Assembly: GCA_010405405.1 (NCBI GenBank) | Contig: MU004232.1 | Span: forward strand, 1,941,481 to 2,005,480 | DNA from: Microthyrium microscopicum | Taxonomy: Eukaryota | Length of the DNA stretch: 64,000 bases | Direction of reading: 5' to 3' | Part shown: piece by piece, positions 44,977-57,953 of the stretch | How the letters are laid out: each line of letters opens with the position of its first letter | Position numbering within the stretch: the first letter of the stretch is position 1 | The notes under the pieces: generated by a model | Database searches by the model: none | The model's input: the letters and a program-made list of their open reading frames with translations, nothing else | What the model was told of the DNA's origin: nothing | Position numbers and translations under genes: made by a program

Positions 44977-46134
44977 TTACTTCTGAGCAGGCAAAATGAT
45001 GTTATCTATCAACCGAACAGGCCCTGTGTCACCTCCCATCCCGAGCTCTTCGTTCTGAGATTGTTCTTCCAGCGGCTGCATTATTATAGCTCCACTCAGC
45101 ACCGCTCCACGTGCAGGATCAACTTCATCAATCTCCTCCAGCGAATCCGGGTCCGCTAGCGAGATATAGTCAATCTTAAACAGCGCTCGCTTCCCCGGCG
45201 CCAAAGCCTCCTGTGCCTTCCGCTTCTCCTCCAAATATGTCATCGCCGACAGCTGAATATCTTCTCTCGATTGTAGCCCATTCGCGAAAAACATCTCCCC
45301 CAACTCTAGCGCCTCGCTCAGCGCCAGAGCAGCCGTCCGCCTCCTCTTGCCAAGGTATACATTCCGACTACTCATCGCCAGCCCATCACTCTCCCGCATC
45401 GTCGGCCCTATCCGAAATGCAATGGGTAGATGGAAATCTTGTATCATCCGCCGTAGCACCACCGTCTGCTGTACATCCTTTTGCCCGAAATACACACTGT
45501 CTGGCTGCACAATGTTGAACAACTTCATGCACACCGTCGCCACACCTCTGAAAAACACTGGCCTGCTCTTGCCCTCCAGCTTCGTCGCGAGCGGTGTCAC
45601 CGTCACAAAGCTCCCGTGTCCATCAATCTCAGAGGTCGGCGGGAGGGTAGGGTACATGACTTGCGTGGTAGGCGCAAATATTGCTGTTATCCTTCCCAAG
45701 GCTTTTGAAGCGGCGAGCTCGGCGTCGAGGGAGGCGAGTTGTGCGATGTCAGAGTCCCAGGTGCGTGGGTAGCTGGATAGGTCTTCGGTGACGCCGAATT
45801 GCGTTGGGTTTACGTATATGCTAACGAACACGTCGCTGACGTTCGCCGCGGCAAGACGTATCAGCGAGAGGTGGCCTGCGTGGAGTGCGCCCATGGTGGG
45901 CACAAGGCCGACGGTACGCTTGGGTGCATCTGCGGTTGAGTGGGCGAGGGAATTGCGAAATTGGCGGAGACTGGGTACATCGCGGAACAGGTGGGCGGAT
46001 GGGAGTCCTGGGAGAGCTTTGGTAGTTACGATGGGAGGCGAGGTACTCTGGAAGCGACGTGGTATTCTTATGCCGGAAGATGGTGCGTGTAAAATGGAGA
46101 GAAATATGTTTCTTGGTGGTATAAGTTTGCGCAT
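44977..46134 (-). CDS. PAN6: Pantoate-beta-alanine ligase (pantothenate synthetase)
   Basis: VGLVPTMGALHAGH, SIYVNPTQF, LEGKSRPVFFRGV, YFGQKDVQQ, RESDGLAMSSRN and VRLIDN. Confidence 0.96.
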   Translation of the reverse strand: MRKLIPPRNIFLSILHAPSSGIRIPRRFQSTSPPIVTTKALPGLPSAHLFRDVPSLRQFRNSLAHSTADAPKRTVGLVPTMGALHAGHLSLIRLAAANVSDVFVSIYVNPTQFGVTEDLSSYPRTWDSDIAQLASLDAELAASKALGRITAIFAPTTQVMYPTLPPTSEIDGHGSFVTVTPLATKLEGKSRPVFFRGVATVCMKLFNIVQPDSVYFGQKDVQQTVVLRRMIQDFHLPIAFRIGPTMRESDGLAMSSRNVYLGKRRRTAALALSEALELGEMFFANGLQSREDIQLSAMTYLEEKRKAQEALAPGKRALFKIDYISLADPDSLEEIDEVDPARGAVLSGAIIMQPLEEQSQNEELGMGGDTGPVRLIDNIILPAQK

Positions 46135-46367
46135 TGTGAAATGTGGAGTATATGCAAGAGCGACGTGACGAATGCTCGGAAGCTTTCGATTTTTATACTG
46201 CGTATGATGCAGGACAAGGATTACGCGTGGAAATTGTGGGACGCAAGACGGATCTAGCCGCAGCCATCTAATCTAATCTTGACCCTCTTGCTTTTTTTTT
46301 CTAACTTCATCCCACTTCGAACCTTTTCCTTCTTCACAACAGCGAGATTTACATTTACACCAAGATC

Positions 46368-48755
46368 ATGGCGGACGACGGCCTTCTTGTCAATTTTGAA
46401 ATACCGCAAGGAACATTGGCCACAAAATCTGTATTGCGAGGTGGTCCTTGGTCTGAGCGACGACGAATCAGACAACAAGAAAACTACCATACTAAAAAAC
46501 GGCTGAGAGACACGAATACTCACATCGATAGCGAACTTTTGGAATATGTTGGAACGGGAACAAATCACGAGTCGAAGCGACGGAAGACGAGTCCTGCGAG
46601 CGAAGCAAAGGTCCACGCTAAACCTTTTGGCGGGCCGAAACCATACCATATCACAGCTTCTCCACGCGAGCCACGTACTGGAGCAGTCGACAAACCAATA
46701 ATTTCTTCCCTATTTTCTTCGAATCCAGAGTCCAAGACGACCTTTGATGACAAACCTATCGATCCAAATGCGGAACCGGTAGAACCGTCCAATGCGCCAC
46801 TTTCGAAAGAGCTTCTCAATTTCACAACTTTGGGATTGACTCCTGCGATTGCTGCTCATCTCACCAGCAAACTTGCCATCAGCGCCCCTACTTCGATACA
46901 AAGAGCTGCCATCCCAACGCTTCTCAATAGTGATGAAGATGCCTTCATACAAGCCGAAACAGGATCCGGAAAGACCCTAGCATATCTCCTACCTATCGTA
47001 CAACGAATCATGGCATTGTCACGACCAAAGTCGGATGCAGAGGATGGGATAGCGAGGAATTCCGGACTCTTCGCAATCATTTTGGCCCCTACCCGAGAAC
47101 TCAGCAAGCAGATCTCTGTTGTGTTAGAATCCTTACTACGACGCGCACATTGGATAGTGGCAGGAGCGGTTCTTGGAGGAGAGAGCAAGAAGTCTGAAAA
47201 AGCAAGGATACGGAAAGGCTTCAATATCTTGGTTGCTACGCCTGGAAGACTGGCAGACCATTTGGAGCATACCGAAGCACTGGATACGAGCTCAGTCAGA
47301 TGGTTGGTGCTTGATGAGGGTGACCGTCTTGTGGAGCTAGGCTTCGAAGATGACATCAAAAAGATCATAAGTAAGCTGGACTTTCGACTCCACAAGTCGC
47401 AAGGCAAGGTCCTCGAATCATTACCAAAGAAACGAGTGACGATCCTTTGTTCTGCGACCATGCGCACCGATGTTGAAAGATTGGGCACTATTAGTCTGAA
47501 AGACGCAGCTCATATTGCTGCTGATCCGACACATACAGATCCATCTTCAGAATCAAATCCGAATGGCACCCAGGTCGAGAAGAAGTTTTCCGTCCCTTCT
47601 CAACTCAAGCAATCATATGTTATTGTGCCTGCAAAACTACGCCTTGTCACATTGATTGCATCTTTAAAGAGAGCATTTATTCGATGCAAAACAACCACCA
47701 AAGTCATCGTGTTTGTATCTTGTGCAGACTCTGTCGACTTTCACTTTCAAGCATTGACCAGAAACGAGTCTAATGATTCCACCATCCAAGCCGATGCTAC
47801 CAAAGAAGCGGAGAAGGAAAAAGACAAATGGCGATCCAAGAATGACTTCAAAGCTAAAGCCAGAGCTTCACAGCAGCCTAATGTAGAGCTGGGCACTTCC
47901 GCTAATTCACCCTCCCTCTCAACGGATAGCCAACAAGTCTCCGTATTTCGTCTCCATGGCTCGCTTCAACAATCTCTGCGCACCAGCACTTTACAAGCGT
48001 TTTCCAAATCATCGAACCCTTCTCTTCTCCTCTGTACCGACATTGCTTCCCGTGGTCTCGATTTGCCAGATGTTGACCGCATCATCGAGTATGATCCTGC
48101 CTTCAGCCGGGAAGAACACCTGCATCGCGTGGGTCGAACTGCTCGCGCCGGCAACGAAGGTGCCGCGACCATTTTCTTGCAACCAGGCTGCGAAGAGGGC
48201 TACGTTGATGTGCTCAAGGCCGAGCGAGGCGACCTAGGTGCCGTAAACCTTCGTGGCATGACGGCTGAAGCTGTCCTACGCGCTGGCTTCCCGACTGTCA
48301 CACAGAACGCCGGACGACCTCGCAAAAATGTAGAGGAACTGCAGCCGTGGGAGGTTCTGGCAACAGACTTCCAGCTTGCGGTTGAGAGATGGGCGTTGGC
48401 AGAACCAGGCGTGCTTGAGGCTGCGAGACGAGCCTTTCAGAGCCATATTCGCGCGTATGCGACCCATGTCAAGGATGAACGGCAGTGGTTCGATATGAAG
48501 CAGTTACATCTAGGTCATCTTGCTAAAGCATTTGCTCTTCGCGATCGACCTGGAAGCGTAAACGTGCCGGGCTTGCGAGTCTCAGCTGGCAAGGTCAAAG
48601 CTGATAGGAAGCAAGCTGGAGGTGGTGCAAAATCAGCGAAGAAAAGCGATAATGATGGCCAAGGTGGAGAAGATGCTGATATCGCAGAAGCAAGACGCAA
48701 GATGAGTAGGATGGGACGTTCCACAGGCGGTGCAAGCGAGTTCAATCTCGCATAG
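46368..48755 (+). CDS. DBP7: ATP-dependent RNA helicase Dbp7 (60S biogenesis)
   Basis: MADDGLLVNF, AETGSGKT, PTREL, KKSEKARIRKG, DEGD, SAT, RGLD, HRVGRTAR, SHIRAYATH, LHLGHLAKAF and C-terminal SEFNLA. Confidence 0.96.
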   Translation: MADDGLLVNFEIPQGTLATKSVLRGGPWSERRRIRQQENYHTKKRLRDTNTHIDSELLEYVGTGTNHESKRRKTSPASEAKVHAKPFGGPKPYHITASPREPRTGAVDKPIISSLFSSNPESKTTFDDKPIDPNAEPVEPSNAPLSKELLNFTTLGLTPAIAAHLTSKLAISAPTSIQRAAIPTLLNSDEDAFIQAETGSGKTLAYLLPIVQRIMALSRPKSDAEDGIARNSGLFAIILAPTRELSKQISVVLESLLRRAHWIVAGAVLGGESKKSEKARIRKGFNILVATPGRLADHLEHTEALDTSSVRWLVLDEGDRLVELGFEDDIKKIISKLDFRLHKSQGKVLESLPKKRVTILCSATMRTDVERLGTISLKDAAHIAADPTHTDPSSESNPNGTQVEKKFSVPSQLKQSYVIVPAKLRLVTLIASLKRAFIRCKTTTKVIVFVSCADSVDFHFQALTRNESNDSTIQADATKEAEKEKDKWRSKNDFKAKARASQQPNVELGTSANSPSLSTDSQQVSVFRLHGSLQQSLRTSTLQAFSKSSNPSLLLCTDIASRGLDLPDVDRIIEYDPAFSREEHLHRVGRTARAGNEGAATIFLQPGCEEGYVDVLKAERGDLGAVNLRGMTAEAVLRAGFPTVTQNAGRPRKNVEELQPWEVLATDFQLAVERWALAEPGVLEAARRAFQSHIRAYATHVKDERQWFDMKQLHLGHLAKAFALRDRPGSVNVPGLRVSAGKVKADRKQAGGGAKSAKKSDNDGQGGEDADIAEARRKMSRMGRSTGGASEFNLA

Positions 48756-48777
48756 ATACGTAGATTGATGGGTCAAA

Positions 48778-50017
48778 TCAAAATATATCCCACAATGATA
48801 CTTTGCCATCTTTGGACCCGGCTGCTAGCCAGTGTGTTTCTTTTGTTCTCAATTCTCGTCGCTGCTTGACTGTTAGACTGGACGGAGCCTGAGTGAATAC
48901 CACCTCCAGGCTCTGATTAACGGTTTCCTCTGCTGAATCAGAGACAGAAACCTTATCCTCGGCCTCACGCTCATTCGTTTTGGTCCTTGCTGGTCCGATG
49001 TCAGCAAATGCTATGGAATAGCAGCCTTCCTTATGCCATTTCAAGACTGCAATTTCGTTCAAGGACTTGAGACCATAGACTCGTATCTTCGTATCCCATC
49101 CTGCAGTAGCAAAAACACGACCGTCTCCTCGAACAGCCAGTCCTTGTTGACCAGAATGGCCTGTTTTGATACTTACGACTTCCTCAGACCTCAATTTGTC
49201 CTTGAAGGAGTTTGGTAGCGGATGGCTTGCCACCACAGCATCAGCAGACGAAGTGAAATATCGCCCAGCAGACCATGACAGATCTAGCGATAGAATAGGC
49301 TGCGAGTGCGGTTTGGCTGAGTACATCGTCATCCACACTTTATTCTCAGCATCGAAAACCTGTACAGTAGTAGCTCCAGCTTCATTACCGAGAACAAGAC
49401 AGAGTGTGTCATCCTGTAATCGCAGTAACTTTATCGCCATAGACATGGTCGCCTGCACTGCCGTTGATGGAGGCACAGAGTGCAAGCGCTTTTCAGACGG
49501 CAGTTCCCAGATATCAACAACTCCATCTTTGATGCCCGGCACTCCCACCAACACACCGTCCTGATCTTTTGCGACCGGACACATGGCAAACTTGCAAAAG
49601 CTCAGACTGTTCACTCGCAGCGAATGCAATAGCCATGGACTCCGACGCTCGACTTCCGCGCCCTCTGCGGGCAACGCGCGGGACATTTCTGCCTCTGCAG
49701 TCGAAGGGACTTGCCAGACGCGTAGCCAGTCATCACGCCCGTGTCTATTCCAGATCAGCCAATCCCACCATGTGCCGTGCGATTTGAACGTACGTCAGAA
49801 TCTTGTCCGAGCCCCACGAGTCCATTCCCAGTATGCTCTTCTCGTGCGGTCGCCAGACACCTGCAGGTCGGCGCGAGACCATGTCCCAGAGGACGACAAA
49901 GCCATCGGCATCGCCAGAGAGCAAGCGAGTGTTGGCGCGTAGAAAATGTAGGGCGTGGATCTGGGCAGTATGGCCGCGGAGTATGTAGGCAGGTTGAGCG
50001 GGCGGACGCGTCGTCAT
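48778..50017 (-). CDS. ASA1: ASTRA-associated WD40 protein Asa1
   Basis: PAYILRGHTAQIH, KILT/HGRD across an intron, VNSLSFCKF, TGHSGQQGL, ATAGWD, VLKWHKEG and WLAAGSKDGKVSLWDIF. Confidence 0.9.
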
Positions 50018-53000
50018 CTAGTGTACTGTGAAAATGAGTGAAGGCGTTGGGCGTATCGAGGATTCAGATTCCACATTCGTTTGTAGAAAGCAGTTGGTAC
50101 CACTGAAGAAACGAGACAGATGGCGGACGGTAAATTGCGCTATGGGGAGTATCGTGAAAGTGCAAGGATCATTGCTCGAGAATATACGGTTCGCACCGTA
50201 CCTTCCGAATTTCAGAGGTTCCTTCCCAATTCGACTAGCTGTCGTCCAATTTCGGATACGCTAAACTTTAATCCGTCTTCTTTGCGTCTTTCATCGGATC
50301 GTGGAATTGTGGGAAAACAAAAAGCTGAAATATTCTGTTGCCAGGGGCACATTCGAGGGGCGGGCATACCAGTAGAGGCTGATCCCAATATTCTCACTAA
50401 TGATCATCTAATTGTGATACAGGTATCATTTCTAATAGCCCGGTTGTACTCGCAGGTCGACAAGTAGAAGTTGATGCAGCATACTAATCGCTAGGAAAGC
50501 GAACCAAATATAATGGACTTTAGTCGTACTTGGACATTTGGGCGCCCTCACATATCATCCGACGACTTTGTCGTCCGAAGCGCGCAGAACGGAGGAAATA
50601 GGTACCAGCACATTTTCCTCTTCATATAAAAGCTCTGACATGGAAACTTGATATGTCCCAGGGAACTTCAAGACAGGAATCCTTCAAGACTGACATGCAT
50701 ATGGTAGATTCCGGAACCCTCGAGGAACAAAACCCGCAATTGGCATTATTGTTGAGCGGTATTGTGTATGGGTAGTTGAGAATCGCAAGCTTGCCCTGCA
50801 ACTCGAGTTTTAGGTAGACCTGGAGTTACCAACAGTCTGGATCTATATTCTGACTCAGGGTCAGGATCCTAATCGGTTATATTTTCCGGACATGAAGAAC
50901 CCGGGGAAGAACCACCGTAGGATCAAACCTGCTGGGTTCTCGACATCTCTTAACCATCTCTTTTCCACTTGACTCCCATGTAATGTGAGGAGTAGTACAG
51001 ACAACGTACATCATGCATCGGGAGGACCTTTCCGAACCTACTTCTTGCCACTCATTATGGCGATAAATGGCACTTACAGTCAAGCACGCTGATCTGGAGA
51101 GTGCAAATATCTCGGTGACATATTGCTTGCTGCATTTGGCGTTTATACTGCACGGTATCACCTAGTTTTCTTGTTTGAAATGCGAATACTTGTAGCGACT
51201 TGCATAATTGATATGTTCCTCAAATGATTTGCAGCGATCCGAGCTTGTCAGCTGTCGCTTGAACAAGGATTGTGAAATGAATGACTCTGTCACTTCATTT
51301 CACGGTTGGTAGACTTGGTTCATCATGAAGAGACGAGGATACAAAGTGTTGTAGTCAATGATGCTTTTTAAGGATTTTCAATTGGCTCTGCTTTTCCCAA
51401 TTGCATCTTCGTTTTGTCAAACTCAGACAGCCACGACCGTTTTGAAAAGCCAAATAAGAAATGGCAGGGAAAGTCGGCCCGGCGGGCGGGAACAATAGCT
51501 AAATTCAGGCATGGCTTATTGGGAGGTCAAGGAAGAAGGCCGGTATGGACCAAAAGCAATCAAGTTTGATATGTGCGGCTTCCAGATTCCAAAATCTTAC
51601 GTCAATTGACAATGAAAGATGGCCGGTATCTAACTGGTACCGATAATCGATTCATATACGTAAGTAATCTGGGTATGAATGCACACAGGACTGGCAAAGT
51701 GAATGGCAGGCTCCTCAATCTTACTAAAGAAAAGATGTTTTATTCCCCATCGCCTTTGATAACTGATCAAGAGACTAACACCGTGTTTTTGGCAACTGGA
51801 CCGCTTAACAAGGAATCGTTGCATTGGAGAGACACCGAAGGTGTAGGAAGGACGACGACTGTTCTGTTAATCAATCGATTCAATCCACAAGGCAGTCAAG
51901 GCAAATGGTTCATGGAACACAAGCATCGTATGACAAGTTGGATCTAGCGTGCGCGCGTGGCGTCAAACAGGCCTCGCTCTAGCCAGCTTTGACTCCCTGG
52001 AGCAATAGCCGAAACACGCGAAGTTGGTGCACGCTTTCGCGGACTGCGCTGCTCTTATTCATCTGCACGCAGCACAGTGCAGCCTGCAGTGAACCTTTTC
52101 TTCTTGTCTTGTTGAGCCTTGAGGTACCTTGATGTGGATCCGAGCTCCTGTACTGCACTGACAGCTATCCGTGTCTTCTACAAGGATATCTTGCAGACAC
52201 CCGGGGACGGCGAGAAGATTGTTCCTTGCCGAAGATGCGATGAGCAATGCTGAAAAGAGAGAATTGAGGCCTGAGCACGATCGACTGAATTCAACAGATT
52301 GAAGAACACAAAAGAACAAGCGCAAAAGTACCACTGGCCAGTAAGGACATCCATTCGCTGTCACACCAATGGCATTTCTTAAATCAGGATAGGTTGGCCA
52401 CTATTAGCGAATATCATTTCCCGCCTAAAGACGTTCCTTGAGGCTTCGCCAGTCTAATGCAAAGCATCTCAACTCATCACTCTCCTACTGCTGCTGCTGT
52501 GGTTTAGGGGCCAGACCACGAGGCGCCAGCGCCGTTGCATTTTGCAATATCTTCCTTTTCTCTTGGTACTTCATACATGCGGATTGACCCGTCCAGAGCG
52601 CATGGGACAGCCGCTGAAAACGCTGTAGCGCTTCGAAGCCTGAACAAGGCCAGGTTAAAACTCCAGGCGGCTCACTCTTGCTTTCTTTCATCCTTACAAC
52701 GCTCAACATTGTTCCCGTCTCGTCGCATTTGCCATACGGAGTAATGCTTTGTGTTACCTGATTGCACAAGCAGAACTTTGTAAGCCTATCCGGCCAATGA
52801 AAATCTCTCTACGGATACCAAATTCTCCTCTCATCGAGCACATACAGTTGCAGCCGAGCGCATCCCGATTTGTCGTTGTGGTCGCATCTTGGGCCACCTA
52901 GGAGAGACCGAGTTCGCCATTGACAGTCTCTTGCCGGAAAGATTGCAATCAACGTACTATTACTGGCATACTGTACTCACAAACAGCCTGGTCTAATCCG

Positions 53001-53933
53001 CGACAGCTTGGCTACTTTGTTTGTGTTCATTTCGACTATCACCCAACCTCTAAACTGTCATTCTAATCTCTGAAGCTGCAGGGCTTAGTTGAAGTTGGTG
53101 CCTGCAGAGCCCCAAAAACCAAACTCCTGATCCAATTCGGCTCCAGTTTACTTAGGCTTGTCTGGTGCAGTGCTCCTCTTTTCCGCCTGCATAAGCTCGT
53201 CAAGACCTGCCGCCTAGTTCAACGCCTTCTCCAAATCCAACAGCCGCACAAAAAGCTCCCAAAACTTGTCTTTTTCAACGTTCCGAACCGCTGAATGTTT
53301 TGACAATCCTCTTACCGGCCGAATTGTAATCGAGGATCAGCTTCTACGGTATCTGTTGCGGACAGTTTGCTCTTGCTCGGCTGGTTGCGGCAGCACTGCT
53401 TTCTCTGATTCTCGTTCTTAGCTCTCAACGCCATAACATTTTACTGGTGCATAATCAGTCCTTCAAGCACGTCGCCTGCAATTGCCACAACCTTAATTTG
53501 TTCATTGGCCAAACAGATCATCTTTGGCTTTTCGTCTCTTTCTGACCACGGATCCGGTTGCCATTTGGATATTGGCAGACTACAAGTATCAGACCTCAAC
53601 ACCATTGGATCTGTGCAAGCGTCCCCATTGACGGCCACCGCCCACATATCAACGGAGCCAGTTGCTGTAATTTTCCCCTTGGACTTAACCTCTTCTGCTT
53701 CGCAAAAAAACAGAAAAGTCGGCTTATCCATTTCCAGTCTGGTCATTATGTTTCGCTAACCGGAGGTTCGCTGTGTCCTGCTATTTTGATCCTTTGCCAC
53801 AAGCCCAATTCATGTTGCGCCTTTCATGAGCTGTCGAATCTGGAAATAAAAATGTTCTCAATGGTCCTTACAACAATCACGAACCATATAGCATCGCCAA
53901 CTCACAGGCAAAATCAATAAGGGTCTGCACAGC

Positions 53934-56423
53934 ATGTCTCGGCGACACTCAAGGACGTCGTCGAACGAATCAGTTTCGCCTGCGCCTTCGGCATCAAAAA
54001 GAACTCGGCGCAATCCTCCGCCCAAACCCACCAGCATGGAAACTCTACAGGTAAATCGGGAAAAGGACGACGGGGCTCCAGAAAGAAAGCGCACCAGGAC
54101 TGGCTGCCAGACATGTCGGATACGGCATCTCAAGTGTGACGAAGCACGACCCGAATGTTCACAATGTGTCAAAGGCAAACGACATTGTACGTATGAAAGA
54201 CTACTGAAGTGGCCTAAGGATCAACCACAAACCGAGAAGGAGATGAAGAACTTTCAAGTCAGCGAAATCCCCTATGAAGTTCCTATTGAAAATCCTCTAT
54301 CTTTCGAGGACGAATCTGTAAAAATCGCATCGGAATATATTGGGGGAGAGGGTTGGTATGCCGCACACCATCGACAGAGGGAAATGGAGAATCCATCCAC
54401 AGATGCCGCCCAGTCTCAAAGCAGTGTCAATGCAAATATCGGGTCTCACAACATAGATCCCTATATCACAGCGACTCCAACACTACGCCAGTCGACCATA
54501 ACAGATCAACCCCAAACAAGCATTTCAATGGCCTTTCATACTCCTACACAGGGTGCATCAAGGGAAGCAAGCCGCCATTTATCACTCACCAACTCAACAA
54601 AGAACAGTGTACAAGGCGCTTCTCCTCGTGAATCCGAGCACCAGTTTCCAAGCAGGCCGCTGTCCTACAACCCAATTGAGGATCCTTTAGATGAGTACTT
54701 CATGCACGTATTCATTGAAGAAATGGGTAAATGGATGGACACCATGAACCCAATAAAATATGTTGGTCTAACCTCTAATCTTGGTATTTTTTATGTAACT
54801 AACTGGCTAGTTCTCCAACATGCTCCCTTACGAGTCTACCACGCAACCCATACTCTACTATTCTTTTCTTGCATGTGGTGCCGCGCATCAATACATGGTC
54901 CGGCCCAATCAGTGGTCAATTGATTGCCCTCGAAACTATTACAACAAAGCAACTACCGAATTCAAGGAAGCGTTCATTAACGTACGAGATGATGACCATC
55001 CATCAAAGAATGCAACACTGGCCAAAAGTTCAGTGGTGCTGGTCGTCTACCTTACTCTGATGGGGACCACACAAGAGCGAATCGAAATGCTGGAGTCAAG
55101 TCGATATCTAATCAAGCTGTGTCGCTGGAAAGCTACTTCGATTGGTCCAGAAGGAGCGTGTTTTTGGCTTCAACGAGGCATGGAGCTATTGACATTTCTT
55201 TCTTTTCCAAAAGCCATTCCATTTGATCAAGACGAAGAGTCAGATGCTCAGAAACTCGGGCTTACATTCGACCACATGATTCAACGAGACACCCAGAGAA
55301 ACATGGAATCCCTCTGGACTCGGAAGATCATCTGCATTGTGACGAAGATCACCAACGAACTTCTTTACACGCCCGCACAAGGTCAAGATGTTCAGACTCG
55401 CTTACGGCTTTGGACAGAACTCAGCCGGCTAATGGAGGGATGGGATCAATCGGTTCCAGTGACCATGCTTCCGTTGTGGAAGCAGCCGCCAGGAACACGC
55501 TGTTACCAGGCTGACTCGCAGGTTACAACATCCAATTTCCCTCGGATATACCTCCCTGATCGTGCCTCGGTTTTTGCGAGGATTTTCTACCATACGGGCT
55601 GGATCTTACTTGCCAAAACGCATCCTTACGGAGAATCATCAGAAGAGGAACAAATGCGTGCGAAACGTCTTGAGCATGCAAAAGACATATGTGGTATTGC
55701 AAGGCACGTCGAAGACAGGTAAAGTAAGTCATTCCATACATTCTACACTTCTCACCATTTTCTAGAGCTCTAGCCAGCGTTATGCTCCGACCTTGCTTCA
55801 TGGCCGCAGAATGCCTAGAAGGATGGGATGAGCAAGAAGAAGCACATGCCATGCTCACCGATTTTAAACATCAAACAGGCTGGAAGATTGATCCGCTCCT
55901 AACCAAGTTGAAAAAGACCTGGGGTCATCCCGAGCCGTTTCAAGCGGCCATCCATCCAGAAAAAGCATATACCGCATCTACGCTATCCCCCGACCAGCCA
56001 ACTTCTCAACATGCTCCTCCCATACATAATACGATCCACCAACCGGCACCACAGTCCTTCTCATCTCAGCAAGCTCAATCTGCTCCTGGCGACTTCTACC
56101 ACCCAAACTTTGACCCTAATCTACCCCAAGCGCCACCGAATGTGCAACAGCAACACATCCATCACACACAGCGAGCACCCCAACAATACGACACTCATCG
56201 TAGCAACATGATGCAAGCCCCACCCGGCGTGCGCCGGCCAACTATGGTCGCATACGAGCCACAACAAGCACCCTATCCTAATACAGTATACCCTGAAAGC
56301 GCACCAGGCACGTATCCAGCCTTCACTACACCACCATCCGCCAGCTTAGCACATGAGCCATACATCAACAATATTCCAGCCGCAGGAAATCCATATCCGG
56401 GGCATTACTCTGGCAATTACTAG
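53934..56423 (+). CDS. Zn(II)2Cys6 transcription factor (3 exons)
   Basis: RKRTRTGCQTCRIRHLKCDEARPECSQCVKGKRHC, a fungal TF middle region and a P/Q-rich C-terminus. Introns 54762-54810 and 55719-55765. Confidence 0.93.
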
Positions 56424-56827
56424 CCAGCATTCTTCACCGTTTCTAAGCGTTTGCTTTCTTCTTTGCGATACCCCTGACTTGTGAGCCGGCGTATGCTTAA
56501 GTCTTTGGTCACGGCGGAATAGGATTTCTTGATCAATAGCGCTGTTCTTGTAATTACATTCAATACTACTAATTCATTTCAGTAACAATACGGTTTTTAG
56601 CCGTGTCGAAAATACGTAGCATGACCTTCTATTCGCCCAGTAGTTTCGGTCAATTTATACGTCAATGACTCTTCATTCTATATCGCCAATTCCTTTGGTA
56701 AATTCTCTGCAAATTCAAAGGCTAGGATACCAATCTTCCTCTTGATGCAAATACCCATCAAGATGTAGCGACTCGCATTATCGTGAAGCAATCCCATGCC
56801 ATGGACAAGAACAAGTACAATTCCGCT

Positions 56828-57953
56828 TCACCAAACAATCCTCTTCCCCTTCTTCCTAACCACCTTTCTTGCAGAATGACACTCCCTCACATGCTCCATC
56901 AACTCCACCACCGAGTACGCCCGCCGAGCCCTCGCATACAACACAACCTGTGTACAAAACCGGCACACGTCCGGCCCCTCCAGCCTATGCAGAGCAGGAC
57001 ACCGACAGTCAACTTTGACATCCAGCGTATAATCTTCCCTATCACCTAGATGATCCGCCAGAGTCCACACACAACCACGACACCAAACCCCATTCTCCAA
57101 CCTACGCATCACCAACGACGGAAACGCCACAACGCCCAACCCACGATAATGGTCCACCGCGCCCTCTGTTTCCGTAAAATTGCCGTCCCGGTCCCGCTGC
57201 CACAGGGCCGCGTGGCGGATATATATATATATCTCGTCTACACTCCGTCCTCGTAGTTGTGCTCTGCTTCCAAGCTATATTCGCCTTTACAGTCTCCATC
57301 CCAGCCTCAGAGCCATGGACTTTTATCGCCAACTCTTTCGCTGCTCGGACACTCGTCAAAACATACCGTTTCGGCGTATCAAGGTAGTATGGCTCAGGAA
57401 AGCTGTGGCCCGGCACGACGTGTTGCATGGCTGGCAACTTCTTCACATCGTCTGGGGCGAGGGCGAAGATTTTGTGCGCTTCGTTGGTGGTTAGGAGCCA
57501 TAGGGAGGCGTTTTTCTCGAGACAGATGCTGCAGCAGCGCTGGGCGGTGACGAGCAGGAGGAAGGCGCCGTAGTGGCCGCAGGAGATGCAGAGAGTGGAG
57601 GTGAGGGCGGCGTGGAGGGTGGAGAGGGAGTGGAGGGTGATTATGCGCTTGTGGGGTAGGGTGGGGAGGATATGGCCTGTGGATGATAGGAGGTGTTGGA
57701 AGGCGGGTAGGGAGTCTATGGTTGTATGTGCGCGGACTGAGGTGCTTGAGAGGCGTAGGAGGGACTGGAGGTCGAGGAAGTTGAGAATCATCTCGAGGAG
57801 CTCATGAGGTAGGCTGTCAAGAAAGCCAAGTGATGAGTGACAGTTGGGTCGGATGGTTTAGAAGGTTGGCGTTGTATTTTTAGCAGTTAAGATTACATTT
57901 TTGTTGATAAAGTCTGGCTAGTAGACGAGATAAGTAAAGACTTGCTCCTATGC
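56828..57953 (-). pseudogene. F-box protein gene, disrupted by a frameshift and 5' nonsense codons next to the RIP block
   Basis: SSLGFLDSLPHELLEMILNFLDLQSL F-box, CISCGHYGAFLLLVTAQRCCSICL and LENGVWCRGC. Frameshift at (AT)7 57219-57232; in-frame stops at 57858-60, 57918-20 and 57948-50. Confidence 0.8.

Noticed and set aside
47310..47325. DEGD instead of DEAD as an inactivated helicase
   Set aside because: DEGD is usual for fungal Dbp7 proteins and the other helicase motifs are intact.
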